Shown: positions 1-15,391 of the stretch, piece after piece
Layout: each line of letters opens with the position of its first letter
Position numbering within the stretch: the first letter of the stretch is position 1
From: an uncultured Gaiellaceae bacterium
GTDB lineage: Bacteria > Actinomycetota > Thermoleophilia > Gaiellales > Gaiellaceae
Assembly (NCBI GenBank): GCA_963744285.1
Contig: CAVUTA010000018.1
Coordinates: forward strand, 18,954 to 82,953
Length of the DNA stretch: 64,000 nucleotides
Direction of reading: 5' to 3'
Position numbers and translations under genes: made by a program
Notes under the pieces: generated by a model
What the model was told of the DNA's origin: nothing
The model's input: the letters and a program-made list of their open reading frames with translations, nothing else
Database searches by the model: none

Positions 1-80
1 TTCGAGCAGTTCAAGACGATCTGAGCTGCGCAGACCCGCAATCTGCAAGAGCAGATCGCGGCTCGCGCAGATCCCTGAAG

Positions 81-99
81 CGGGCCGCTTCGCGGCCCG
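81..99 (+). terminator. GC-rich hairpin (8-bp stem CGGGCCGC/GCGGCCCG, loop TTC). Possible terminator of a gene ending just inside the left edge.
   Basis: Perfect inverted repeat read directly from the sequence. It lies about 57 nt after an in-frame TGA at 22-24 that closes an ORF entering from the left. There is no U-tract. Confidence 0.3.
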
Positions 100-133
100 G
101 TCGCACCGAACCACCAGGGTAGGCTGTGATTCC

Positions 134-354
134 GTGAGCGTCGAGATCCTGTACTGCCCGACCTGAAGCGGGTACGACAAACGGGCCGCGAGTCTCGCGG
201 CCGAGATCTCCGCAGAAGCTCGACATCGACGCGATCGCCACGCCGGGTGCGAGGTCGCAGTTCGACGTGCTGGCTGACGGCAGCCTCGTCTTCTCGAAGC
301 AGGCGAAGGGCCGTTTCCCCGAGGACGGCGAGATACTCTACGCTGCTGCGCTAG
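134..354 (+). pseudogene. SelW-like (Rdx-fold) small redox protein with CxxU/CxxC-type motif. In-frame TGA at 164-166, and one frame break near 216.
   Basis: From GTG 134 the translation is VSVEILYCPT-TGA-SGYDKRAASLAAEISAE. After the break, in the frame of ORF 267..653, it continues LDIDAIATPGARSQFDVLADGSLVFSKQAKGRFPEDGEIL. The pattern (YCxxC/U ... PG...F.V..DG.LV.S....GRFPE) matches the SelT/SelW/SelH (Rdx) family. The C-terminal end is uncertain; a TAG at 352-354 in another frame is used here. Confidence 0.5.
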
Positions 355-1822
355 TCGTCTCGCTCTTCGTTCTTCCCGTTGCCCTTGCCGGGCCCGTCGC
401 CGCATTGCTTCTCCGCTTCGCGACGGAGCCGGTCGATCTCCGATCGGTCGCCCTGCACCTCCTCGGAGCGGTCGAGGAGCTCGAGCACGCCGTCGCAGCT
501 CCCGAGCGCGAGGCGGGTGAACGCGAGGTTGTAGCTCGCGTACGCCTCGGCCAGCGACCCCGAGCCCGGCGAGCTGTGAGACCGCCTGCTCGAGCAGCGG
601 GAGCGCGCCTTCGTAGTCCTCGGCCTGCATGCGCGCGAAGCCCGCGTCGTTGAGCTCGGAGCCGCTCGACGCCCGAGCTCGGGCGGACGTCTCGTCCTCG
701 GGAACGGTCGCCGTCTCGGTGACCGTGAGGGTCGACTCGGTGTCGGAGACCGTCGACACCGTCGTCGTGACGCGCGTGATCGTGCGGACCTCGGGCTCGT
801 CTCCGTTCGAGACGAAGGCTGCAGCGGTCAGCCCGCCGAGGAGGAGCACGACGAACGCGAGAGGCGCGAGCCAGCGCAGCCGTCGCCGCGCCGGTGGCGC
901 GGCTGTCGGGTGCGGTGGCGGCAGCACAGCGGTCACCGGCTCGGCGTCGCGGAAGACGTCGCCGAGCTCCTCGACGAGCTCGCCCGCGCTCGCAGGACGA
1001 GCGCCCGGCTCCTTTGCCAGCGCCCGCTCGAAGACGGCGTCGACGCCGCGCGGGAAGCGCCGGCGCAACCTGTGCCGCGCTCGGGATCGGCGCGTTGAGA
1101 TGCGCGAACGCCTCCGTCACCGGAGTCTCGGCGGCGTAGGGCCGCCGCCCGGTGAGCAGCTCGTACGCGACGACACCGAGCGCATAGCGGTCGCTCGCCG
1201 CCGTCGCAGTCTCGCCTCGAGCCTGCTCGGGCGAGAGATACCCGGCCGTCCCCAGAACCGTTCCCGGCAGGGTCAGCGTGTCGAAGCCGGCCGCGGACGC
1301 GATGCCGAAGTCGGTCACGTGCACGCGGTCCTCGTCGTCCAGCAGAAGGTTCGCGGGCTTCACGTCTCGGTGCACGATGCCTTGAGCGTGCGCGGCGTCC
1401 AGACCCGCGGCAGCCTGACGGAGCCATTCGATCGCTCGGCCCGGGGCGACAGGGGTGGATCGGACTCGATCGTGCACGGAGCCTCCGTCCAGGTACTCCA
1501 TGACGATGAACGGCTGGCCGTCGTGCTCGCCGACGTCGAAGACCGTCACGACGTTCGGGTGCGCCGAGAGACGCGCCGCGGCGCGCGCCTCACGCGTGAA
1601 GCGGGCGCGAACGTCGGGGTTGCGCGCGTGCCGCTCGGCGAGCACCTTGACCGCGACGGTTCGGCTCAGGAGGCCGTCGGTCGCGCGGTAGACGTCTCCC
1701 ATCCCGCCGCTCGCGAGAGGGCTGACGGCGGAGTAGCGCGACGGCAGGATCCGCTCGGACACGGGGGAGGTGTACCCGATCAGCGCGCTTCCGAGCCTTC
1801 GCGAGCGCCGAGAGGTAGACAT
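351..1822 (-). pseudogene. Ser/Thr protein kinase (Hanks-type) with one TM segment and a C-terminal TPR-like extracytoplasmic tail. At least 2 frame breaks (~1050, ~575).
   Basis: ORF 338..1858(-) carries GGMGDVYRA, AVKVL, HRDVKPANLLL, DFGIA and GTAGYLSPEQ. After ...APALP the frame is lost. Another frame reads GVDAVFERALAKEPGARPASAGELVEEL...WLAPLAFVVLLLGGLTAAAFV...LNDAGFARMQAEDYEGALPLLEQAV, then ...SLAEAYASYNLAFTRLALGSCDGVLELL...GKNEERDD* with the stop at 351-353. Start taken at ATG 1822 (MSTSRRS...). Confidence 0.8.
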
Positions 1823-1835
1823 CGACGAGGCCGAG

Positions 1836-1845
1836 TGATATATCA
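1836..1845. promoter_or_regulatory. Perfect AT-rich palindrome TGATATATCA in the 34-bp kinase/proV divergent gap. Candidate operator or -10 region.
   Basis: Read directly. It lies 11 nt before the proV ATG (1857). A near-identical element (TCATATATCAGC) lies 10 nt before the ATG at 6750. Confidence 0.4.
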
Positions 1846-1856
1846 GCGACGCGCGC

Positions 1857-2939
1857 ATGACGGAGACGGCCGAGACTGCTGCCGCGCCGACGCAGCACCG
1901 AATCGACTACACGAGCCCTCCGGTCATTCGTGCCGACGGGGTGTGGAAGGTCTTCGGGCAGAACCCCGATCGCCTCGTCGGATCGCCGGACGCACTCCTC
2001 CCTCGGGGCGAGCTTCGCGACAAGACCGGCTGCGTCGTCGCGGTGCGGGACGTCTCGATCGAGGTGTGGCCGGGCGAGGTGTTCGTCGTCATGGGTCTCT
2101 CGGGCTCCGGCAAGTCGACGCTCGTCCGCACGCTCATCCGGCTCATCGAACCGACGGCGGGACAGATCGAGATCGCGGGCCATGACGTGTGCGCGGCAGG
2201 AGCTGCAGAGCTCCGCCAGCTTCGCCGGAATGAGGTGTCCATGGTGTTCCAGCACTTCGGGCTGCTCGCCCACCGCCGCGTGATCGACAACGTCGCGTTC
2301 GGCTTGGAGGTCAAGGGCATGGCGAAGGCGGAGCGCCTTGCCCGAGCGGCCGAGGTCCTGAAGCTCGTCGGCCTCGAGGACGCGGCCAACCAGTTCCCGG
2401 ATCAGCTCTCGGGCGGGATGCAGCAGCGAGTGGGCGTCGCGCGCGCGTTCGCCGGCAACCCGCAGGTGATGCTCTACGACGAGCCGTTCAGCGCGCTCGA
2501 CCCGCTCATCCGCCGCGACATGCAGGACGAGGTCTGTCGTCTCCAGGAGGAGACGGGCACGACGATGGTCTTCATCACGCACGATCTCTCCGAGGCGCTC
2601 AGGCTCGGCGACCGCATCGCGATCATGCGCAACGGAGGGATCGTGCAGCTCGGAACGCCGGAGGAGATCGTGGGCGCTCCCGCCGACGACTACGTGGAGA
2701 ACTTCGTCCGAGACGTCCCGCGCAGCCATGTCCTGACGCTGCGCTGGGTGATGCGGGAGCCCGAGCCGGGCGAGTCGACCGACGGGCCGTATCTCGACGT
2801 CACGACCACAGTGCGAAACGCGATCCCCGTCGTCGCGCAGAGCGAGAAGCCGGTCTGCGCGGTCGAGAACGGCCGAGTCGTCGGAGTGGTCGACCGCGTC
2901 GCCGTGCTCACGGCGATCGCGGGCGAGGGGAGTGGTTGA
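1857..2939 (+). CDS. proV: Glycine betaine/proline betaine ABC transporter ATP-binding protein (ProV/OpuAA type)
   Basis: Intact 360-aa ORF. Walker [10 protein letters not shown], signature LSGGMQQRV, Walker [12 protein letters not shown], and a C-terminal CBS-like regulatory tail typical of ProV. Confidence 0.9.
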   Translation: MTETAETAAAPTQHRIDYTSPPVIRADGVWKVFGQNPDRLVGSPDALLPRGELRDKTGCVVAVRDVSIEVWPGEVFVVMGLSGSGKSTLVRTLIRLIEPTAGQIEIAGHDVCAAGAAELRQLRRNEVSMVFQHFGLLAHRRVIDNVAFGLEVKGMAKAERLARAAEVLKLVGLEDAANQFPDQLSGGMQQRVGVARAFAGNPQVMLYDEPFSALDPLIRRDMQDEVCRLQEETGTTMVFITHDLSEALRLGDRIAIMRNGGIVQLGTPEEIVGAPADDYVENFVRDVPRSHVLTLRWVMREPEPGESTDGPYLDVTTTVRNAIPVVAQSEKPVCAVENGRVVGVVDRVAVLTAIAGEGSG

Positions 2940-4969
2940 TGTCGGTCGTCGCCGAGGTCGTCGCGCCGAGCACCCCCGTCCTCTCGCACGTGCCGTGGTG
3001 GCGAGGGAAGATCGTCCAGACCGCGGGAATCATCGCCCTGATGTATCTCGCGTACCGGGCGTGGGGCGTGACCGTCGATGCGAGCGGTCAGGAGACGATC
3101 CGGTTCCCGTGGCCCGATTCGCTGATCTGGCACCCGCTCTCCGGCCACCTCGACACCTTCCAGGTGTGGCTCCTCACCGAGAAAGGCGAGGCCGACAGAA
3201 GCTTCGTCTTCGCGCTCTTCGATGGCTTCTCGACGTCGATCGACCACTTCGTCGACTGGTTCAACCGGTTGCTTCTCTGGATGACCTGGATCGGGACGAC
3301 GGTCGCCGGTGTGCTCGTGGTCGCACGGTTCGGCGGCCTCCGCGCCGCGCTGATCATGCTCGTCGCATTCGCGACGTTCGCGCTCACGGGCCTGTGGGAG
3401 GAGAGCATGCAGACGGTCGCGCTGATGCTCGTCGCCGTGGGGCTCTCGCTCCTCATCGGCATCCCGCTCGGCATCGCCGCCGGCCGCTCCGATCGCTTCG
3501 CGAAGGCCATCACGCCCGTCCTCGACGCCATGCAGATCGTTCCCGCGTTCGCGTACCTGATCCCGGTCGTCATCCTCTTCTCGATCGGGCCGGCCGCGGC
3601 GGTGGTCTCGACGTTGATCTACGCGATTCCGCCGGCCATCCGGATCACGGCTCTCGGTATTCGCGGAGTGGCCGTCAACACGGTCGAGGCGGCGACCTCG
3701 CTGGGCGCGACGCGGTCGCAGCTGCTTCGCAAGGTCCAGCTTCCGCTCGCTCGTCGGCTGATCCTCCTCGGGGTCAACCAGACGATCCTGTTCGCGCTCT
3801 CGATGGTCGTGATCGCGGGCCTCATCGGTGGAGGCGGGCTCGGCGCAGTCGTGACGAGCGGTCTCTACTCCAACCCCGCGCTCGCCATCCTCGCCGGCTT
3901 CGTGATCGTGATCCTGGCGACCGCGCTCGACCGCTCGACCGAGGCGATGGCGGCGCGGACGGACCCTGCACACCGCCACCTCGACGAGTCGAGGAGGAAG
4001 CGACTGCGCCTCCAGTCGCTTGCGACCTTGGCCGCGATTCTCGGTGCGATCGGGATCTCGAAGGCGTTCGGCGCCAACGCCATCTACCCCGACGAGGTCG
4101 GAGATCCACCACGCAGCGCGACCATCGAGGAGTGGCTGCTGTCGAAGATCCAGGTCGTCCTCGACTACGTGCAGGACCCCACGACGTGGGTGTTCGCCGT
4201 CACCGAGCGGATCGGGATCTTCATCCTCCAACAGCTCCTGCTGCCGATGCAGGCATTCCTCGTCGAGGCTCCGTGGTTCACGACGCTCGGAGGGCTGACG
4301 CTGATCGCTTTCGTCGTCAGCGGGCTCCGACCGGCACTGACTGCGCTCGCGATGCTCGGCCTGATCGGAGTCATGGGTGTCTGGGCACTGGCCATGGACA
4401 CCCTTTCGCAGGTGCTCGTCGCGACGGCCATGGCCGTCGTGCTCGGTGTCGTGCTCGGCGTGCTCGCCGCCGAGAACGACCGCTTCTCCAAGACGATGAG
4501 GCCGGTGAACGACGTCCTGCAGACGCTGCCGCAGCTCGTCTACATCATCCCGTTCATCTACCTCATGCCGGTCTCGATCGTCCCGGGAATCGTCGCGGGC
4601 GTCCTCTATGCGTTCCCCGTGACGCTCCGACTGGTGGAGCGCGGTGTGCGCGACGTCGCGCCGGCGTCGGTCGAGGCCGCGAGCGCGTTCGGCGCCTCGC
4701 GCCGCCAGGTGTTGACGAAGGTCAAGCTGCCGCTCGCCGGTGACGCCGTGATGCTCGGCGTGAACCAGGCGATCGTCATGGTGCTCGCCGTCGTGGTCAT
4801 CGGCGGGCTCGTCGGGTCGGGAGGGCTCGGATACGAGGTCGCGCAAGGCCTCGTTCGCGGGCAGTTCGGGCAGGGTGTGATCGCGTCGATTGCGATCCTC
4901 GCCCTCGGCATCGCACTCGATCGCGTCACGCAGGGATCGAGAGGCTCGAGAAGGCAGGGCATCGCGTGA
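2936..4969 (+). CDS. proW: Glycine betaine ABC transporter permease, a tandem-fused double permease (ProW-ProW)
   Basis: Intact 677-aa ORF with two homologous BPD-type permease halves (...[19 protein letters not shown]...[25 protein letters not shown] and ...[19 protein letters not shown]...[25 protein letters not shown]). Its start overlaps the proV stop. Confidence 0.88.
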   Translation: MMSVVAEVVAPSTPVLSHVPWWRGKIVQTAGIIALMYLAYRAWGVTVDASGQETIRFPWPDSLIWHPLSGHLDTFQVWLLTEKGEADRSFVFALFDGFSTSIDHFVDWFNRLLLWMTWIGTTVAGVLVVARFGGLRAALIMLVAFATFALTGLWEESMQTVALMLVAVGLSLLIGIPLGIAAGRSDRFAKAITPVLDAMQIVPAFAYLIPVVILFSIGPAAAVVSTLIYAIPPAIRITALGIRGVAVNTVEAATSLGATRSQLLRKVQLPLARRLILLGVNQTILFALSMVVIAGLIGGGGLGAVVTSGLYSNPALAILAGFVIVILATALDRSTEAMAARTDPAHRHLDESRRKRLRLQSLATLAAILGAIGISKAFGANAIYPDEVGDPPRSATIEEWLLSKIQVVLDYVQDPTTWVFAVTERIGIFILQQLLLPMQAFLVEAPWFTTLGGLTLIAFVVSGLRPALTALAMLGLIGVMGVWALAMDTLSQVLVATAMAVVLGVVLGVLAAENDRFSKTMRPVNDVLQTLPQLVYIIPFIYLMPVSIVPGIVAGVLYAFPVTLRLVERGVRDVAPASVEAASAFGASRRQVLTKVKLPLAGDAVMLGVNQAIVMVLAVVVIGGLVGSGGLGYEVAQGLVRGQFGQGVIASIAILALGIALDRVTQGSRGSRRQGIA

Positions 4970-5004
4970 GTGCACCTCGCGCGCAAAACCAGAAGGAGGA
5001 TCGA

Positions 5005-5974
5005 ATGTCGTTTCGTGGTAGCTGGCGGCGTCGCTCCGGTGCCGTCGGCATCGCGCTCGTCGCAGTAGCCGCGCTCACCGTATCGGGGAGTGCATTCGGC
5101 GGAGCCGCGCAGAGTTGCGGCACCGTCACCATCAACGAGCAGTCGTGGTCGGGGTCGACGGCGAACACGTACGTCGCGAAGTACGTGCTCGAGAAGAACC
5201 TCGGCTGCAAGGTCAAGATCACGAACGTCACCGAGGGGACGCCGTACTTCCAGGCGATGCGGGACGGCAAGATCGACGTCGCCCTCGAGGACTGGGACAA
5301 CACGCTGGCCACGTCTGCGCAGGCCGTACATCAAGGACAAGTCGGTCCGGGTCATCGGCTCGAACGGGATCACCGGCGTCATCGGCTGGTACATCCCGCG
5401 GTACCTGCTCAAGCAGTACCCGGCGATGAAGTCGTGGAGGGGCATCAAGGGCAAGGAGACCGTGTTCAAGTCTCCCGAGTCGGGCTCGCAAGGCATGTTC
5501 CTCGGCGGCGATCCCTCGTACGTCCAGAAGGATCGTGCGCTCATCAAGGAGCTCGGCCTCAACCTGAAGCACGTCGTCGCCGGCGCCGAGCCGGCTCAGG
5601 TTGCGCGCTGGAGTCAGCTGTACAAGCAGAAGAAGCCCGTTCTCTTCTACTGGTACGACCCGCAGTACCTGAACGCGCAGTACGACCTCGTGCGAGTGAA
5701 GCTCCCGCAGCGCTTCAAAGGCTGCCTGGACGACGAGAAGCAGCCTGGAAAGCACGCGTGCGAGTACCCGTCGTACGGGCTCGACAAGCTGATCAGCGGG
5801 AAGTTCGCGACGAGCGGCTCTCCCGCACTGAAGTTCGTCAAGCGCTGGAATTGGACCTCGGCCGACCAGAACTTCGTCGCCAACCTCATCGCCGGCAAGA
5901 AGCTGAAGCCGGAGAAGGCAGCGGAGCAGTGGGTGAAGGCCAACAAGGCCAAGGTCAACGCCTGGCTGAAGTGA
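5005..5974 (+). pseudogene. proX: Glycine betaine-binding periplasmic/lipoprotein component (ProX/OpuAC type). One frame break near 5325.
   Basis: AGGAGGA RBS at 4994-5000, then ATG 5005. Signal peptide MSFRGSWRRRSGAVGIALVAVAALTVSGSAFG, then ...WSGSTANTYVAKYVLEKNLGCKVKITNVTEGTPYFQAMRDGKIDVALEDWDN. After the break (ORF 5090..5974 frame) it reads PYIKDKSVRVIGSNGITGVIGWYIPRYL...FYWYDPQYL... Confidence 0.8.
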
Positions 5975-5986
5975 GCTGAGGCGCGC

Positions 5987-6010
5987 GGCGGGGACGATCC
6001 CGTCCCCGCC
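5987..6010 (+). terminator. Intrinsic-terminator-like hairpin after proX (10-bp stem GGCGGGGACG/CGTCCCCGCC, loop ATCC)
   Basis: Perfect inverted repeat 13 nt after the proX stop. Confidence 0.6.
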
Positions 6011-6030
6011 GCCGCCTCGACCGCACATGA

Positions 6031-6703
6031 CAACACCCAGCGCTTGCCATCCACCAGCCCGAGGCGGCCGACGCCCGCTCTCTCGCGGACCAGGCCTACT
6101 ACCGCATCCGTGAGCTCATCGTGACGCTCGAGCTTCCGCCCGGCTCACTCGTCAGCGAGCGGGAGCTGATGGAGCGGCTCGGCGTCGGACGAACGCCGGT
6201 GCGGGAGGCGCTCCGCACGCTCGCCCGCGAGTGCCTGGTCGACGTGTATCCGCGGCGGGGGATGTTCGTCTCGCCCGTCGACGTCGGCGACCTGGCGGGG
6301 CTCTCGGAAGTGCGCGATGACACTCGAGGGCCACGCGGCGCGACTGGCCGCGGAGCGGGCGACCGACGCCGAGCGGGCCGAGACGGACGCACTTCTCGCC
6401 GAGCTCGACGGGATCTCGGCACAGCGACGAGCGCTCCCTGATCGACCTCGACCAGCGTCTCCATCGCCACGTGTACCGCTGCGCGCACAACCCGTTTCTC
6501 GAGGCGACCCTCAACGAGTACTACATGCTGACGCTGCGGATCTGGTTCCTCGTCCTCGATCGCGTCGTCCGCCTCGGAGACGCGATCCAGGAGCATCGGG
6601 AGCTTGCTCGAGGCGATACGCGATCGTGACCCGAGAGCGCGCAGAAGACGTCATGCGCCGCCACGTCGAGGGGTTCGAGCAGGCCATTCGCCGCGTGCTC
6701 TGA
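6031..6703 (+). pseudogene. GntR-family (FadR/FCD subfamily) transcriptional regulator. About 4-5 frame breaks.
   Basis: The wHTH SERELMERLGVGRTPVREALRTLARECLVDVYPRRGMFV is in ORF 6121..6441. The FCD-type C-domain pieces LEGHAARLAAERATDAE, LIDLDQRLHRHVYRCAHNPFLEATLNEYYMLTLRIWF, QEHRELLEAIRDRDP and ERAEDVMRRHVEGFEQAIRRVL* lie in alternating frames (breaks ~6312, ~6428, ~6607, ~6636). The true start is unresolved. Confidence 0.7.
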
Positions 6704-6706
6704 CCG

Positions 6707-6741
6707 CTTATATATTTCTGACTCCGTACTCATATATCAGC
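6707..6741. promoter_or_regulatory. AT-rich imperfect inverted repeat CTTATATAT-N-ATATATCAG upstream of the dimethylglycine dehydrogenase. Contains a TATATT -10-like hexamer.
   Basis: Read directly: CTTATATATTTCTGACTCCGTACTCATATATCAGC. The right half matches the element at 1835-1847 in 11 of 13 positions. Confidence 0.4.
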
Positions 6742-6749
6742 AGGGCCGC

Positions 6750-9273
6750 ATGAGCACCCTCCCCAGCCATGCCCGCGCCGTCGTCATCGGGTGCGGGATC
6801 GTCGGCAACTAGCGTCGCGTACCACCTCACCGACCAGGGCTGGTCGGATGTCGTCCTGCTCGACAAGGGCCCGCTGCCGAACCCGGGCGGCTCGACCGGG
6901 CACGCCTCGAACTTCATCTACCCGGTCGACCACTCGAAGGAGATGACGCAGCTCACGCTCGAGAGCATGCGCCAGTACAAGGAGATGGGCGTGTTCACGG
7001 AGTGCGGTGGCGTCGAGGTCGCGCGCACGGAGGAGCGCATGCAGGAGCTGACCCGCCGCGTCGCGTCCGCGAAGGCCTGGGGGATCGAGCCGGTGTCGCT
7101 CGTCACGCCGGCGGAGGTGAAGGAGCTCGTCCCGTTCATCGACGAGACCGTGATCCTGGGCGGCTTCTACACGCCCGTCGGTCGGGCGTCGTCGACTCCC
7201 TGCGGGCCGGGACGATCATGCGCGAGCGCGGTCAGGAGTCGGGCAGGCTCTCGGTCTTCGCGAGCACCGAGGTGCTCGGGCTGGACGTCGAGTCCGGCCG
7301 CGTTCGGCGGGTGCGAACGACCGCCGGGGACATCGAGACGGAGGTGGTCGTGATCGCCTGCGGCGTCTGGAGCCCGAAGCTTGCGCGCATGGCCGGCGCG
7401 TCGATCCCGCTCACGCCTGCCGTGCACCAGATGATCGACATCGGCCCGACGCACTGGTTCGCCGACGCGAAGGGGGACATCGAGTTCCCGATCGTGCGCG
7501 ACATGGATACGAACATGTACGAGCGGCAGCACGGGTCGGGCCTCGAGATCGGCTCGTACGCGCACCGCGCGATCCTGTACGACCCCGAGGAGCTGCCTTC
7601 GGTCGAGGAGGCGTCGCTCTCGCCGACCGAGTTCCCGTTCACGCAGGAGGACTTCAACCTGCAGATGGAGCAGGCGCTCGAGCTGATGCCGTCGATCGTC
7701 GGCGACGAGACCGTCGGCATCAAGCACGCGATCAACGGGATCCTCTCGCTGACGCCCGACGGGATGCCCATCCTCGGCGAGCTGCCGGAGGTGAAGGGCC
7801 TCTGGTCGGCGGCGGCCGTCTGGATCAAGGAGGGACCCGGAGTCGGGAAGTCGCTCGCGGAGTGGATGGTGCACGGCGAGTCGCACATCGACCTCCACTC
7901 CTCCGACGCAGCGCGGTTCTGGGAGCACCAGAAGACGTCGACACACGTGAAGGCGCGGACGGCGGAAGGGTTCAACAAGACCTACGGAATCGTCCATCCG
8001 CTCGAGCAGTGGGCCTCGAACCGCGACGTGCGCCTCTCGCCGTACCACGAGCGGGAGCAGGAGCTCGGCGCGGTCTTCTTCGAGGCTGCCGGCTGGGAGC
8101 GGCCGCAGTGGTACGAGTCGAACGCGCCGCTGCTCGAGGAGTACGGCGACCGGGTGGGCCGCCGCGAGGCCGAGTGGGACAGCGCGCTGGTGGTCTCCGA
8201 TCATCAACGCCGAGCACCTCGCGATGCGCGACCGGGCGGGGATCTTCGACCTGTCGGCGTTCGCGATCTTCGACGTGTCGGGGCCAGGGGCGCTCGACGC
8301 TCTGCAGACGGTGTCGATGCGTCAGGTCGACGTGGCCGTCGGACGGGTCGTCTACACGCCGTGGCTCTCCGCGAGCGGTGGCTTCAAGTCCGACCTCACG
8401 ATCATGCGGCTCGGCGACGAGCACTTCCGTGTCGTCACGGGCGGCGCGCATGGCATGGCCGACCACAAGTGGCTCCGCGACCATCTCCCCGCGGACGGCT
8501 CCGCGCAGCTCGCGGACTTGACGTCCGCGTGGTCGACGATCGGCCTGTGGGGGCCGCGCGCGCGCGACATCCTCGCGTCCACGACGAGCGACGACGTCTC
8601 GAACGAGGGCTTCCCCTTCGCGACCTGCACGACGATCGAGATCGGGTCGGTACAGGTGCTCGCGTCGCGGATCTCGTACGTGGGCGACCTCGGCTGGGAG
8701 CTGTACGTCCCGATCGAGCAGGGCGCCCGCCTGTGGGACATCCTCTGGGAGGCCGGACGCGCGCACGCTGCGGTGCCCTGCGGAATCGGCGTCTACGGGA
8801 CGACCGGTCGGCTCGAGAAGTGCTACCGCGCCTACGGAGCCGAGCTCGAGAGCGAGTACACGGTCGTCGAGGCGGACATGGCCTGGGGCAAGGTCAAGGA
8901 GCAGGACTTCGTCGGCAAGGAGGCGCACGTCTCGCATCGCGGCGAGGCGCCGGCCGCGATCCTCTGCACGCTCACGGTCGACGACCATGCGTCGTCCTCG
9001 GGAGTCGCGCGCTTCCCGATGGGGCGCGAGCCGATCCTCACGCGTGCCGGCGCGCCGATCGTCGACGCGAAGGGTCGTCGCTCCTACGTGACGAGCGCCG
9101 GCGCGGCGCCCTCGGTGGGGAAGCACGTGCTCATGGCGTATCTCCCGCCGGAGCAGGCGCAGGTCGGCACTCGGCTCGCCGTCGAGTACATGGGCGAGCA
9201 GTACCCCGTGACCGTCGACGTCGCCGGCTCGGCCCCGATCTTCGACCCGGAGAACTCGAGAATCCGGTCGTGA
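6750..9273 (+). pseudogene. Dimethylglycine (or sarcosine) dehydrogenase/oxidase: FAD-dependent oxidoreductase fused to a GcvT-like folate-binding domain. 3 frame breaks.
   Basis: MSTLPSHARAVVIGCGIVGN (GxGxxG), then break at 6810 (an inserted T creates a TAG). SVAYHLTDQGWSDVVLLDKG...GGFYTP, then break ~7175. ...VVIACGVWSPKLARMAG...WDS, then break ~8185. WWSPIINAEHLAMRDRAGIFDLSAFAIFDVSGPGA...ISYVGDLGWELYVP...PIFDPENSRIRS*. Architecture and length (~840 aa) match DMGO/DMGDH. Confidence 0.85.
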
Positions 9274-10034
9274 GGATCCTCGTCTGCGTCAAGCGGGTGC
9301 CGATGACGGGCGGGAAGATCGTCCTCACCGAGGACGCGCAGGCGATCGAGACGAAGCACCTCGGCTTCACGATCAGCCCGCACGAGGAGTGCGGCGTCGA
9401 GGAGGCCGTCCGGCTGATCGAGGCGCACGGCGGCGAGTCGGTCGTCCTCACGCTCGGGCCGTCCGAGGCCGAGGAGCAGCTCCGCGACGCGATGGCGCTC
9501 GGCGCGGACCGCGCCATCCATCTGATCTCCGACGGCGAAGAGTGGGATCCGCAGGCGACCGCCGGCGCGATCGTCGAGGCGATCCGGGCCGACGAGGCGG
9601 CCAACGGTGCGTTCGACCTCGTGTTCTTCGGCAACGAGTCGGCGGACTCGGGTGGCTTCCAGGTCGGGATCCGGGTGGCGTATGCACTCGGCCGGCCCGT
9701 GGCGACCGGGCCTCAAGGGCGTCGCCGTGGAGGGCGAGACCGTCCGCTGCGAGCAGGAGGTCGCCGGCGGCCGCGACGTGTACGTGCTCCCGCTCCCGGC
9801 GGTGGTCACCGTGCTCGAGGGCCTGAACCTGCCGCGCTATCCGTCGGTGCCTGCGAAGCTCCGCGCGCAGCGCAAGCCGGTCGACTCGAGCTCCCCTGCG
9901 AGGCCCGACCCGAGGCTCGAGAAGCTCCGGCTCGTCGTGCCCGAGAGCCAGGGCAAGGAGGCCGAGATCCTCGGCCACGGGCCGGACGCAGCGCCCGCCG
10001 TCGTGGAGGTGCTCCGCCAGATCGGGGTCGCCTG

Positions 10035-10035
<1 letters not shown>
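9270..10035 (+). pseudogene. etfB: Electron transfer flavoprotein beta subunit. One frame break near 9705.
   Basis: VRILVCVKRVPMTGGKIVLTEDAQAIETKHLGFTISPHEECGVEEAVRL...LVFFGNESADSGGFQVGIRVAYALGRPVAT, then the break, then GLKGVAVEGETVRCEQEVAGGRDVYVLPLPAVVTVLEGLNLPRYPS... The GTG start overlaps the upstream stop (GTGA). Confidence 0.88.
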
Positions 10036-15338
<5,303 letters not shown>

Positions 15339-15357
15339 CTTCCAGGATCTCCTAGAA

Positions 15358-15391
15358 TTCCACGATACAGCATCGTTCCACGATACGGAAC
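15358..15391. promoter_or_regulatory. Candidate IclR operator/promoter elements: direct repeat TTCCACGATAC x2 (15358-15368, 15376-15386) and inverted repeat GTTCC-N7-GGAAC (15375-15391)
   Basis: Read directly in the 59-bp divergent gap between iclR (start 15338) and the corrinoid-protein gene (ATG 15398). Confidence 0.45.

Noticed and set aside
11-241. 76-aa minus-strand ORF at the left edge
   Set aside because: It has no recognisable motif. It overlaps the hairpin at 81-99 and the better-supported SelW-like reading on the plus strand.
2690-4975. 761-aa minus-strand ORF and many other long antisense ORFs (e.g. 629..2185+, 45744..47546+, 48025..49806+, 54918..56669-, 1590..2729-)
   Set aside because: They lie antisense to genes with unambiguous family motifs. 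They have extreme Arg/Asp/His/Pro composition and no recognisable domains. Stop-codon scarcity in 70% GC DNA explains them.
6810-6812. In-frame TAG in the dimethylglycine dehydrogenase (possible pyrrolysine or read-through, given the MttB context)
   Set aside because: The homologous sequence continues in a different frame immediately after it (GIVGN / SVAYHL). A one-base insertion explains it. No pylTSBCD genes are in the window.
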